Shown: piece by piece, positions 1 to 9,000 of the stretch
Layout of the letters: each line of letters starts with the position of its first letter
Numbering within the stretch: the stretch's first letter is position 1
From: a virus
Virus record (IMG/VR): IMGVR_UViG_3300032294_002710
Location: 1-64,000 of that record
Strand: one strand, 5' to 3'
DNA: 64,000 nt
Made by a program: the position numbers and the translations under genes
Notes under the pieces: model-generated
The model's input: the letters and a program-made list of their open reading frames with translations, nothing else
The model's database searches: none
What the model was told of the DNA's origin: nothing

Positions 1-2
1 CT

Positions 3-3000
3 AAAGATTGGATCAATTCTTCTATTTCAATTATTGGTAAATTTTCACTAATGGCTATCGGTTTAGCATTCGCCTTGCCATTAATAATACTTGGTGGTGT
101 TTCAATTTTAGCGGTAGCTGGTATGATTTGGCTAATGGATAAAGTTTTCAGTAAAGGTGAATATAAAAAATGGCCATCTGACAAATGGATTAACGGAGTA
201 TCTCATGTTATTTCTAAGTTTTCAAAATTATTACAAACTATAAGAAAAGAACTCGGATTCGGAGACTTAGTACTAGGAGCTATCAAGTTACTCGGTACAG
301 TTTACACAATTAAGACAATAGATGATGTTTTGAAGAAAGGAGAGTTCGAGAAATTTCCTTCAAAGAAATGGAATGATGGTGTATCATATACTCTTAGAAG
401 CTTCATGGATCTTATGAAAGATAAGAGCTTCCTAACGGTTATAAGTGAGAAAATCGGTAGTCTTTTGGGTGGTGGTTTAGATGATGTTGCTGGTATTATT
501 GTAAAAATTGATAAAAAATTATCACAAGGAGAATTTAAAAAATTCCCTAGCTCTGAATGGAATAAGGGAATTTCATCATCATTAAAATCAGTAATGGATT
601 TAATGCAAAATAATAGCCTATTATCATCTATAGGTAATAAAATAGGTGATATGTTTGGCGGTGGATTAACTGGAACTGCAAAAACTATATTGGAGGTTGA
701 CAGAATATTAAGTCAAGGTACATATACAAAGTTTCCATCATCTGACTGGTCTAAGAATGTTTTGAATACCTTGATGGCATTTAAATCCGCTAGTGGTGGT
801 GGAGGAGTTGTGTCTAATATAGTATCCGCCGCTGGTAGTGCTATATCAGCTGGAATAGATTTTATTTCTTCACTGTTTGGTGGAGATCAGCCAAATCAAT
901 CAGCACCATCAAGTAGTAGAGGTTTGGTAGAAATTGCAGAAGAAGTTAAAAATGTATCTTTAAAAATATCTAGTGGTAAATATGATGTTTTCCCTAGTCA
1001 GTCTTGGTTGACATCAATTTTAAACACATTCTCAACTTTTAGAATGATTTCTAACCTTACTTCTAAATTAGATACAACTTCTATACTATTAGTTAGTGAT
1101 TCGATTGTATTGACATCACTAAAAATGTCTAGTGGTTCTTATACTAAATATCCAGACTCTAAATGGGTTAAAAGTGTTACCAAGGTATTCATCGACTTTA
1201 CATCCTTATTGAAAAAACTTTCTAGTTCAGCTTTATCTACATCGATAGGAATGATGATGGTTAATAACTTATCTAAGGTCATTCTTGGAGTTGATCAGAA
1301 TTTCAATAAGGGCAAATTCAATAAGTATCCATCTGATAAGTGGATTGTTTCAGTATTTAATGTCTACGACAAATTTTCAAAACTTCTTTCTAATGTTGGA
1401 AAGAATATAGTTTCAAATACAATAGGAATAAAATCACTATCACAGGTCACTAAAGCGATCATATCAATAGATACCGATTTGAGTAAAGGTAAGTTCAATA
1501 AGTATCCATCTGATAAATGGATTATGTCTATTCAAAGTACAGTGAAAAAATTCACAGATTTATTATCAACCACCTCAAAGAATATAGGAGTCTTATTATT
1601 GGGCTCAACATCTATAAAAATGTTGATTAAATCAATATTAGATACCGATAAGAGTATCTCATCTGGGAAATACTTAAAATATCCTGATATTAAATGGATC
1701 AATGGTATTAAAAAAGTTTTTTCTGATTTTATTTCTTTACTTAATAATATAAATAAGAGTATTTCTCTTCCTACTTTGTATATAAGTCAGTCTAAGATAA
1801 AATCAATTGTTGACTTTATATTATTGATAGATAAAAAGCTAGGACTTGGTAAGTTCCAAAAGTGGCCAAGTGATAATTGGATTAAAAAAACAATTTCATC
1901 TATACAGTCATACGGTGATCTTATTATGAATGTTGATAAAAAGTATCCTATATCGAAAATTTTTACCGGAACAAAAAAGGGTAAAATGATAGTAGAAATG
2001 ATATTATGGGTTGATAAGACAATAGATAAAGGATCTTATAAGAAGTGGCCAGAGCAAATTTGGTTGAATAAAACTTCAAATGCTATACTAAAGTTTGGTG
2101 ATTTAGCAGTAGCGGCGGATAAGAGGTTTAGTTCATTGAGATTAATGTTTGGACTTAAAAAAGTTAGAGATATATCTGATACCATTAGACATGTATCTTT
2201 AGCACTTGATAAGGGTAAATATACGAAATATCCAAGCTCTGAGTGGGCGAGTGCTGTTCCAAAGGCAATTTCTCAATTTATGTCAATTCCATTTAAAGGA
2301 TTAATAGGATCATTTATGGATTCTATGTTTGGACCTTCTGAAGATGATAAAAAGTCTCAATTGGGAAAAATCGTAGATCTAATGTTGTATGTTGATAAAA
2401 AGTTTCAAGCTGGAAATTGGACAAAGTTTCCAACTGTTCAGTGGGTAAATGGAACAATATTGGCACTTCAGAAGTTTAAAGATATAGTTGGATTACTTAG
2501 TTTTAGCTCATTAAAAGATAAGATGTTTTCATACTTTGGTGTTAAAAGTCCAATTATAAGTGCTGTTTCAAATATTGAAAAATTAGCAAATTCATTTAGT
2601 AAACTTTCTTCATCAATGAAGTCGTTTAGTGATACAATCAAAGAGATAGATAATGAGAAGTTGGCTGCTATAAGAAGTTTATCAACTAATGTTGTTATGT
2701 TGTCTTTAATGGATCCAGAACAGTTTGATCAAATGATGAATAAACTCGAAGAAAGAGCTGGTATATTTAATGATTTAATCAAGGATTTTGAGTATAAAAA
2801 GGAAGAAGCTCAAAAAACGACTGGAACTGCTGTTGGTCCGAATAATAAAGCTGCTAAATCAACTCCAATGAAATTAGATACTAAGGATTTATCACAAAAA
2901 ATGGATGTTATGAATGCGATACTTGGTGATATAGCTTCTGTAGTAGGATCTAGAGGTACATTAAAAACATATTTGAATAAAATAAAAGATGATACTACTA

Positions 3001-3260
3001 TTGGTGGTAGCTCAAATACTGTAACTAATAAGTCCGACTCAAGATTGAAGAAGATAATTAAGAAATTAGGAGTGTCAAGTTCAGGTATCAATATTTATCT
3101 ATTTAGTTATAATTTTGATCCTACTACTCTTTACCAAGGTGTAATAGCTCAAGAGTTATTAAATACTGAATTTGAAAGTGCCGTACATATCGATAAGAAT
3201 GGAATTTACTCTGTAGATTACTCTAAAATAGATGTCGAATTTAAAAAAACATTTGCATAA
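3..3260 (+). CDS. Large helical repeat protein (tape-measure-like) with C-terminal S74-type intramolecular chaperone domain; 5' end truncated by window
   Basis: Frame is open from base 3 to the ATG at 51. 13 copies of a G-x-[YFW]-x-K-[FYW]-P-S-x-x-W motif about 55-60 aa apart. C-terminus SDSRLKK...YQGVIAQEL...VDYSKI matches the peptidase S74/ICA chaperone pattern. Confidence 0.55.
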   Translation, partial: KDWINSSISIIGKFSLMAIGLAFALPLIILGGVSILAVAGMIWLMDKVFSKGEYKKWPSDKWINGVSHVISKFSKLLQTIRKELGFGDLVLGAIKLLGTVYTIKTIDDVLKKGEFEKFPSKKWNDGVSYTLRSFMDLMKDKSFLTVISEKIGSLLGGGLDDVAGIIVKIDKKLSQGEFKKFPSSEWNKGISSSLKSVMDLMQNNSLLSSIGNKIGDMFGGGLTGTAKTILEVDRILSQGTYTKFPSSDWSKNVLNTLMAFKSASGGGGVVSNIVSAAGSAISAGIDFISSLFGGDQPNQSAPSSSRGLVEIAEEVKNVSLKISSGKYDVFPSQSWLTSILNTFSTFRMISNLTSKLDTTSILLVSDSIVLTSLKMSSGSYTKYPDSKWVKSVTKVFIDFTSLLKKLSSSALSTSIGMMMVNNLSKVILGVDQNFNKGKFNKYPSDKWIVSVFNVYDKFSKLLSNVGKNIVSNTIGIKSLSQVTKAIISIDTDLSKGKFNKYPSDKWIMSIQSTVKKFTDLLSTTSKNIGVLLLGSTSIKMLIKSILDTDKSISSGKYLKYPDIKWINGIKKVFSDFISLLNNINKSISLPTLYISQSKIKSIVDFILLIDKKLGLGKFQKWPSDNWIKKTISSIQSYGDLIMNVDKKYPISKIFTGTKKGKMIVEMILWVDKTIDKGSYKKWPEQIWLNKTSNAILKFGDLAVAADKRFSSLRLMFGLKKVRDISDTIRHVSLALDKGKYTKYPSSEWASAVPKAISQFMSIPFKGLIGSFMDSMFGPSEDDKKSQLGKIVDLMLYVDKKFQAGNWTKFPTVQWVNGTILALQKFKDIVGLLSFSSLKDKMFSYFGVKSPIISAVSNIEKLANSFSKLSSSMKSFSDTIKEIDNEKLAAIRSLSTNVVMLSLMDPEQFDQMMNKLEERAGIFNDLIKDFEYKKEEAQKTTGTAVGPNNKAAKSTPMKLDTKDLSQKMDVMNAILGDIASVVGSRGTLKTYLNKIKDDTTIGGSSNTVTNKSDSRLKKIIKKLGVSSSGINIYLFSYNFDPTTLYQGVIAQELLNTEFESAVHIDKNGIYSVDYSKIDVEFKKTFA

Positions 3261-3278
3261 AAAATTCATATAATTTGC

Positions 3279-3707
3279 ATGAATATTTTTAAGAAAATAA
3301 GACTTTATAGAGAATATAAATCATTGATTAAAAAAAATCGAGTTAGGTTAGAGTCTGATTTTGGAATTAGAATTGATAGAGCTAACAGAATATATACTGT
3401 TCTAAATATTCCAGAAGAAAGCTTCGGAGAGCCATATAACTTGAGAAAGGGTGACATCGATATAATTTCTGAAAGATTTATTAGAGAATATGTATCTAAA
3501 CTTTCGATGTTTCTTAATGAGATAGGATTATCAGAACTATATGACTTTTATGAGCCCATAAAAAAAGTAGACAAATATTCTTATTTGATAATTTTTGGAT
3601 ATAAGCCTTTCAATTCGGTTGAATATAGTAGATTCATTTGGTTTAGACTAATTCCTATTTCTTTGGTTATTTCGTTAATATTAACTCTTCTTTTCATTTT
3701 AAATTAA
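3279..3707 (+). CDS. Hypothetical protein with C-terminal transmembrane helix
   Basis: 142-aa ORF with hydrophobic tail LIPISLVISLILTLLFILN. Confidence 0.6.
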   Translation: MNIFKKIRLYREYKSLIKKNRVRLESDFGIRIDRANRIYTVLNIPEESFGEPYNLRKGDIDIISERFIREYVSKLSMFLNEIGLSELYDFYEPIKKVDKYSYLIIFGYKPFNSVEYSRFIWFRLIPISLVISLILTLLFILN

Positions 3708-3752
3708 ACAAAGTATATAGATTCTTTTATAATAATAAAAATATATTATTGT

Positions 3753-4178
3753 ATGAGTAAGTTTTATGAAATATCAGAAGATACGAGGAAGGAATTTTTT
3801 GATATCTTTAATAAGAAAAGCTTTCCATTGTCTTTAAATTTTCAGTTTATCGGTAGTGAAAGTCAGAAAAATCTAATTAAAATATCTAAAATATCTGATC
3901 AGTTTTCATTCTTGATGAATAAAGATCTATTAGTATCAATTAATGAGGATTTGATGAGTGTGTTTGATAAAACATCAATCACGATTCTCATCGAACAAGA
4001 GATTGATAAGATTAACATGGATATTAAATCCGGTAAAATTAAAATGGTAAAGCCAGATTTAACAACATTTTCATCAATCATATCTAAGTATGGTGTTGAA
4101 AAAGTTGCTAAGGCAAATCAAGTAGAAGAATTATATCATCAACAAGTTAGTGATGGTAATGAAGAATTTATAGTATAA
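3753..4178 (+). CDS. Phage metallopeptidase-like fold, catalytic HExxH lost
   Basis: ILIEQEIDK...KPDLTTF...IISKYG resembles the putative phage metallopeptidase family pattern (HELxH...PD.EEF...YG), but the His residues are absent. Confidence 0.35.
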   Translation: MSKFYEISEDTRKEFFDIFNKKSFPLSLNFQFIGSESQKNLIKISKISDQFSFLMNKDLLVSINEDLMSVFDKTSITILIEQEIDKINMDIKSGKIKMVKPDLTTFSSIISKYGVEKVAKANQVEELYHQQVSDGNEEFIV

Positions 4179-4180
4179 TT

Positions 4181-4405
4181 ATGGATATTAAAAGTAACTA
4201 TTATAACGCCTTAGTTAAAAGATATGAGGCTCAAATAGAAGAAGCGAAGGCTAATTTGTCTTTGTATTTTTCAAATACACATCTTGCTGCTATCGGCGAA
4301 CATTCAGACCTTTTAGCTGAACATGATAAATGGATAGAGGTTATGGCAAATGCTCAAGATAAGCTCGATGTTCTAAAATCTTTTTATGAAAATCAAATCA
4401 AATAA
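4181..4405 (+). CDS. Small conserved phage hypothetical protein
   Basis: 74-aa ORF; IGEHSD motif of a kind seen in T4-like phage hypotheticals. Confidence 0.55.
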   Translation: MDIKSNYYNALVKRYEAQIEEAKANLSLYFSNTHLAAIGEHSDLLAEHDKWIEVMANAQDKLDVLKSFYENQIK

Positions 4406-4419
4406 AAAATAAAATAAAT

Positions 4420-5064
4420 ATGAATCAAAAAATTGAAGTTTCAACAATAAAACCTGAATTGACCTTACTCAATGAGGATCAATCATACCGTATATTGGAC
4501 ATCATCGATGAATCTAGACTAGATCTCAAAATAGATGATATTCAAAAATATATGAGTAAAACCAACGGCATCGGTAAAAACGACGATCAAAAAGATGCTG
4601 ATTATGCATATGCACAAAAACTTTGGAAAGAGTTTCAAAATGATTTAAGAGATGTTAAATTTAATTTCTATTTAGATAGATCCCAATTTACGCTTTTAAC
4701 TGATATTCTTCTAAAGAAATTAGAATATGATTCCAACACAGTTTTCATAGCAATCGAACTTACAGAACTTTTAGGTGGGATGCATGGTACTAAATTTAGT
4801 AATGATAAAGAGGTAAAATCATTTAATGTTACCGCAACAGAGATAACTTATATTTATCATCTAATTCAGAATTTTAAAATTAAAGGTCTTTCAAAAGACG
4901 CATATACTTTCTCTAAAATATTGAGAAGAATTGGTGAGATCTCAAAGATTGTTAATTACTATGATGCACATGCTAAAAATCTTACCGAGGAGATATCTAA
5001 ATGGGCTCTTACACTTGATGGTAATGAGTCAATAATGGATGAGCTACCTGAGATTAATTCATAA
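4420..5064 (+). CDS. Hypothetical protein
   Basis: 214-aa ORF with A-rich leader, followed by a terminator. Confidence 0.6.
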   Translation: MNQKIEVSTIKPELTLLNEDQSYRILDIIDESRLDLKIDDIQKYMSKTNGIGKNDDQKDADYAYAQKLWKEFQNDLRDVKFNFYLDRSQFTLLTDILLKKLEYDSNTVFIAIELTELLGGMHGTKFSNDKEVKSFNVTATEITYIYHLIQNFKIKGLSKDAYTFSKILRRIGEISKIVNYYDAHAKNLTEEISKWALTLDGNESIMDELPEINS

Positions 5065-5092
5065 AAAAAGAGGAGTTTAACTCCTCTTTTTT
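5063..5092. terminator. Bidirectional intrinsic terminator
   Basis: A-tract-GAGGAG-tttaa-CTCCTC-T-tract between convergent genes. Confidence 0.8.
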
Positions 5093-5711
5093 ATTTTATA
5101 GGACAGTGGTTAGCCGACCAAATATACTTGTGATTTCTTTTTATCTTCACACCTAACGATTCTGCAGTTGTGAATATATCATCTAAGCATTCTGAATCAG
5201 AACCTCCAACTATTTCTATACTTTTACCGTTTAATCCATTCAATATATTGTAAAGTTTTTTCGGACAGTGAAACCATTTGTGTTTGTTTCCAATATATGT
5301 TATTATTGTACCTTCTTTTGTTTTATAAACATCTCCTTTCTTTAGGAGACCTTTGTCTTCCTTATTAGAAATTTCATTGTATATTTTTTTATCTAGAATT
5401 TTTTTATAAAAATCAGCATCCACATCATAATTATATCTTTTTTCGATAATATCTATTTGATTGGGAAATGAATATAGATCTGGATGAATAGGTATTTCAG
5501 GATTTTCATCATACAGATAATCTACACCTACATTCTTACCATCTATATGATTATCAAAGATTTGATATACATTTGTAAAGTTTTTACAATAATTTTTCAA
5601 CTCGTTTAAATACATTTCTGTGAAAAATTTTCTAAAACTTTTTTGCACATCTACTATTATTAGTACATTATCCTTTCGATTAAAGTTTTCAAATGTTAGT
5701 AGATTATTCAT
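5091..5711 (-). CDS. Isochorismatase/nicotinamidase-like cysteine hydrolase
   Basis: VLIIVDVQKSF catalytic Asp motif and IEIVGGSDSECL catalytic Cys motif. Confidence 0.6.
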   Translation of the reverse strand: MNNLLTFENFNRKDNVLIIVDVQKSFRKFFTEMYLNELKNYCKNFTNVYQIFDNHIDGKNVGVDYLYDENPEIPIHPDLYSFPNQIDIIEKRYNYDVDADFYKKILDKKIYNEISNKEDKGLLKKGDVYKTKEGTIITYIGNKHKWFHCPKKLYNILNGLNGKSIEIVGGSDSECLDDIFTTAESLGVKIKRNHKYIWSANHCPIK

Positions 5712-5725
5712 TATTATTATATATT

Positions 5726-5755
5726 AAAAAACCCATCAATTAATTGATGGGTTTT
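5726..5755. terminator. Intrinsic terminator
   Basis: AAAAACCCATCAA-tt-aa-TTGATGGGTTTT inverted repeat. Confidence 0.75.
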
Positions 5756-5780
5756 AGTTATTTAAACATTTTTTATTCTA

Positions 5781-6380
5781 TTAAATTGGTAATTCTTCAG
5801 TACCTTCTTCACCTTCTTCCTTTTCCTCTTCACCTTCACCTTCTTCACCTACTTCTTCAAACTCACCTTGTGCTTGAGGTTGAGCTTCTGTTTGTACCTG
5901 TACTTGCGGTTGAGCTTCTGTTTGAGCTTGTGGTTGAGCTTGTGGTTGAGCCTGTACCGGTTCTGGCTGAGCTTGTGGTTGAGCTTGTGGTTGAGCCTGT
6001 GGTTGAGCCTGTGCTTGAGCCTGTGCTTGAGGTTGAGCCTGTGATTGAGCTTGTACTTCAGAAGGCGCTTGTGTTTCACCACCAGTTTGTGCTTGAGCAT
6101 CTCCCATAAGTGCTCCAGCTGGAATTTGATCAACATTTAAGAAATTTGTGTTGATATATTTAACAACTTCCTCAGCTATATCAACATCTCCGAAAAATTG
6201 ACGAAGATTTTTACCAGTTGTGTCTTTTACTTTTTTAACATAAGCATTTATTAAAGATTGTGGAATGTCTATAAATGTTCTAACTTTATAAATATCATTT
6301 ACTTGAAGAACAGATTCCTTGATTATTTCATCTCTTTTTCTGAGATTAGTGTACTTTCCAAATTTTCTAAGATGTTTCAT
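5781..6380 (-). CDS. Probable internal head protein with Q/P/A low-complexity repeat and acidic tail
   Basis: N-terminal MKHLRKF motif, (QAQP)n tract and Glu-rich C-terminus. Confidence 0.55.
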   Translation of the reverse strand: MKHLRKFGKYTNLRKRDEIIKESVLQVNDIYKVRTFIDIPQSLINAYVKKVKDTTGKNLRQFFGDVDIAEEVVKYINTNFLNVDQIPAGALMGDAQAQTGGETQAPSEVQAQSQAQPQAQAQAQAQPQAQPQAQPQAQPEPVQAQPQAQPQAQTEAQPQVQVQTEAQPQAQGEFEEVGEEGEGEEEKEEGEEGTEELPI

Positions 6381-6422
6381 CTTCTATTATTAATTTTTTT
6401 ATATTGTATATATTAAACTTTT

Positions 6423-6926
6423 TTAACGGCTTTTTATTATTAATATAGTGGTGACAATCCCTAAGGCAATATTTCCACTAATACTTATGACTTTCTTAAC
6501 TTTTTGTCTAAAAATCTCTTTTTTAAGTACTTTTATTTCCTCATCTTTTATTTCAAGTTGATCTTCACACAATCTATTGTTTTTTTGACAATTGCCTAAG
6601 GCTGATCGTAATTGATCAATAACTATATCTTTCTCTTGTCCTTGTTTTATAAGATCTTTTTTCTGTATCTCTAATAGTGCAACCTTCTCCTCAAGTGAGT
6701 TTATAATCTGTACATAGATTGTGTCAATCATATCGCAATTAATACTCATTTGTTTAAATAGATTTAACAACTCAGCACTATTATCAAGAGATTGTGCTTG
6801 CTCTACAGACATTACTATACCAATAGTATCATTATTTTCCACTAAATATCTTGGTAGATCTTGATCCTGTGCTTGACAAAAAAATGTAGATAAGATTGTT
6901 GTTATTGTAAAAATTATTTTTTTCAT
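6423..6926 (-). CDS. Exported coiled-coil protein with C-terminal TM (possible spanin component)
   Basis: Signal peptide MKKIIFTITTILSTFFCQA|Q, coiled coil, C-terminal hydrophobic helix. Confidence 0.4.
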   Translation of the reverse strand: MKKIIFTITTILSTFFCQAQDQDLPRYLVENNDTIGIVMSVEQAQSLDNSAELLNLFKQMSINCDMIDTIYVQIINSLEEKVALLEIQKKDLIKQGQEKDIVIDQLRSALGNCQKNNRLCEDQLEIKDEEIKVLKKEIFRQKVKKVISISGNIALGIVTTILIIKSR

Positions 6927-6927
6927 A

Positions 6928-7338
6928 TTATTTTGTTTTTTCTTTTAAAGAGTTAATTAGATCATCGCCAACTCTTTTAATTGGATTATTTTCTAGCTTT
7001 TCTATCTCTTTTCTAATTCTTTCATTTTCTTTCTTATATTTACTCATATTGGATTTCAATCTACTAATCTCTTTATTTTTATTAATGATTACCGATTCTA
7101 CCGAGTCTATTCTATTCTGAAGTAATTCTATCTTTTTTAAGTGAGTGTCTACTTCACCTAAGATCTTTTTATTCAGTTTATCTAAAGAATCTCTTTTATT
7201 TTGAAGTTCATCACTACTAATTTCTAATTTTTTTATTGTCTCTTTATACCCAGACGATGAAAAAAAGTAGCTAATTGATAGTGATGTTACAGCTAAAAAC
7301 AATATGATTATTGCCCAATCTTTTATTCCAAGTTTCAT
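6928..7338 (-). CDS. N-terminal TM plus periplasmic coiled coil (i-spanin-like)
   Basis: Likely start MKLGIKDW at 7338; TM AIIILFLAVTSLSISYFF followed by a long heptad region. Confidence 0.4.
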   Translation of the reverse strand: MKLGIKDWAIIILFLAVTSLSISYFFSSSGYKETIKKLEISSDELQNKRDSLDKLNKKILGEVDTHLKKIELLQNRIDSVESVIINKNKEISRLKSNMSKYKKENERIRKEIEKLENNPIKRVGDDLINSLKEKTK

Positions 7339-7407
7339 TTTGTGCGTTTGAATTTTTTTTGTATATTTACAATTCAATATATATATTCAATAAAAAAACC
7401 AATTTTT

Positions 7408-7917
7408 GTGAAAAAATTAATATCTTTTGATTTCGATAAAACACTTTGCTTCACTCCTGAGCCAGAAGAGGGTAAGGTTATTTTTAAAAATGTTACCGGT
7501 TTAGACTGGCCATATAGAGGATGGTGGGGTCGAGGCGAAACATTGAACCTGGAAATATTTCCAGTTCCTGTTAATCCATATGTGTATAAAGAGTACTTGA
7601 AGTATTCTGATGATTCAGATGCTTATATTATTCTAGCAACAGGCAGACTCTCAAAATTGAGAAAAGAGGTTGAAGATGTTCTTATGTCTCATAATTTTTC
7701 ATTTGATGAGGTACATTTGAACCCTGGTATGGATACTTATCTATTCAAAACACAACTTTTTGAAAGGTTAATTTCAAAACAAAGGCCTGATATTTTTGTA
7801 ATGTATGATGATAGATTTGAACATCTTTCCAAATTTGTACATTGGGCTAAAACTCAACCTTGTGAAATTCATATAATTGATGTTATAAATAAAACAACTA
7901 AAATCGTAAATAAATAA
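7408..7917 (+). CDS. HAD-superfamily phosphatase (Swiss-army-knife RNA-repair-type HAD)
   Basis: SFDFDKTL motif I followed by TP..WW, LATGR motif II and MYDDR motif IV; GTG start at 7408 is likely. Confidence 0.65.
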   Translation: MKKLISFDFDKTLCFTPEPEEGKVIFKNVTGLDWPYRGWWGRGETLNLEIFPVPVNPYVYKEYLKYSDDSDAYIILATGRLSKLRKEVEDVLMSHNFSFDEVHLNPGMDTYLFKTQLFERLISKQRPDIFVMYDDRFEHLSKFVHWAKTQPCEIHIIDVINKTTKIVNK

Positions 7918-7918
7918 T

Positions 7919-8200
7919 ATGGCGACTATTACAGAAAAGAAATCTCAATCTAAAGCAGATGAAATCCTATCTAAACCATTTAAACTGATTCTTCACAATG
8001 ACGACTATAACACATTTGATTGGGTTATAACCTGTCTAATGAAGGTTTGCAATCATGAGTATGAGCAGGCTAGTCAGTGTGCTCATATTGTTCACTTTAA
8101 AGGTGAATGTGATGTTAAATATGGTGATTATGATAAGATCTCGGCTATGAAAGATAAACTTTCAAATGCTGGTCTCTCAGTTACAATTGAGGCTAATTAA
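7919..8200 (+). CDS. clpS: ATP-dependent Clp protease adaptor ClpS
   Basis: LILHNDDYNTFDWVI...AHIVHFKG is the ClpS N-degron-binding signature. Confidence 0.9.
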   Translation: MATITEKKSQSKADEILSKPFKLILHNDDYNTFDWVITCLMKVCNHEYEQASQCAHIVHFKGECDVKYGDYDKISAMKDKLSNAGLSVTIEAN

Positions 8201-9000
8201 AATTTATTAACATTTCCAGACTGAATCAAATTCTTGATTTGAAGTAAATCATCTTTGGTTAATTTATCCATTGTGTGGTTTACTTCAAATCTTTTTTCAT
8301 GATCAGATTCCTTTTCCTTTACATTATTAATCATTTTTCTAATATCTTTTACAGATAGATTAGTCGATTTAATAAATTCTGGCATAACTGTTAGGTTTTC
8401 AGATTCTTTTTCAAATTTATCCCACTCCTCTTTATAGTTAGGAATTTCCTCTACAAATTCCTCTTTTTCTTCATCCGAAAAATCATTTATTATCGATACG
8501 ATTCTCCAATCGAGTTTATCTTTATTTTTTCTAATAAAATCTGTTGGTAAATTATTAGCACTTATTAACTTCCATAAGTTATATTTTTCTATTATCCATT
8601 CGTACTTTGATATGTCTTCAATTTTTTCAGAAGAACTTAGATATAATATCATTCTTTCCCAGTTAATATATTTATCAAATATTTTGATGAACTTCTCTGA
8701 AAGATTTGAATATGTTTTCATATTTAAATTAAAAATATCTTCGGGTAATAAATAGTCTATTTCAATCGCTTCTTTAATAAATTTTTCTGATAAATTCATT
8801 ATTGATATGACAATATCTTTTGACATACCATCAAATTCTACACTAGGATTGCCCCATTTTAATATAAATTCCTCAGGTACATCATAATTTGTTAGTACTG
8901 AAATTAATCCATCTTCTTTTATCATTTTAAGTAAATCAGTTTCAGTTAATTTTAAAACCTCATCAGTTTTTACTTCATTTACTATTTCAATTTTTCTCAT
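8197..9000 (-). CDS. Hypothetical protein with Trp-containing helical repeats
   Basis: Repeated LSEKFI / INWE / LDWR motifs; overlaps the terminase stop (ATGA coupling). Confidence 0.55.
   Translation of the reverse strand: MRKIEIVNEVKTDEVLKLTETDLLKMIKEDGLISVLTNYDVPEEFILKWGNPSVEFDGMSKDIVISIMNLSEKFIKEAIEIDYLLPEDIFNLNMKTYSNLSEKFIKIFDKYINWERMILYLSSSEKIEDISKYEWIIEKYNLWKLISANNLPTDFIRKNKDKLDWRIVSIINDFSDEEKEEFVEEIPNYKEEWDKFEKESENLTVMPEFIKSTNLSVKDIRKMINNVKEKESDHEKRFEVNHTMDKLTKDDLLQIKNLIQSGNVNKF

Noticed and set aside
5744-6136. ORFs 5744-6109(+) and 5849-6136(-)
   Set aside because: Shadow frames of the (QAQP)n low-complexity repeat in 5781-6380.
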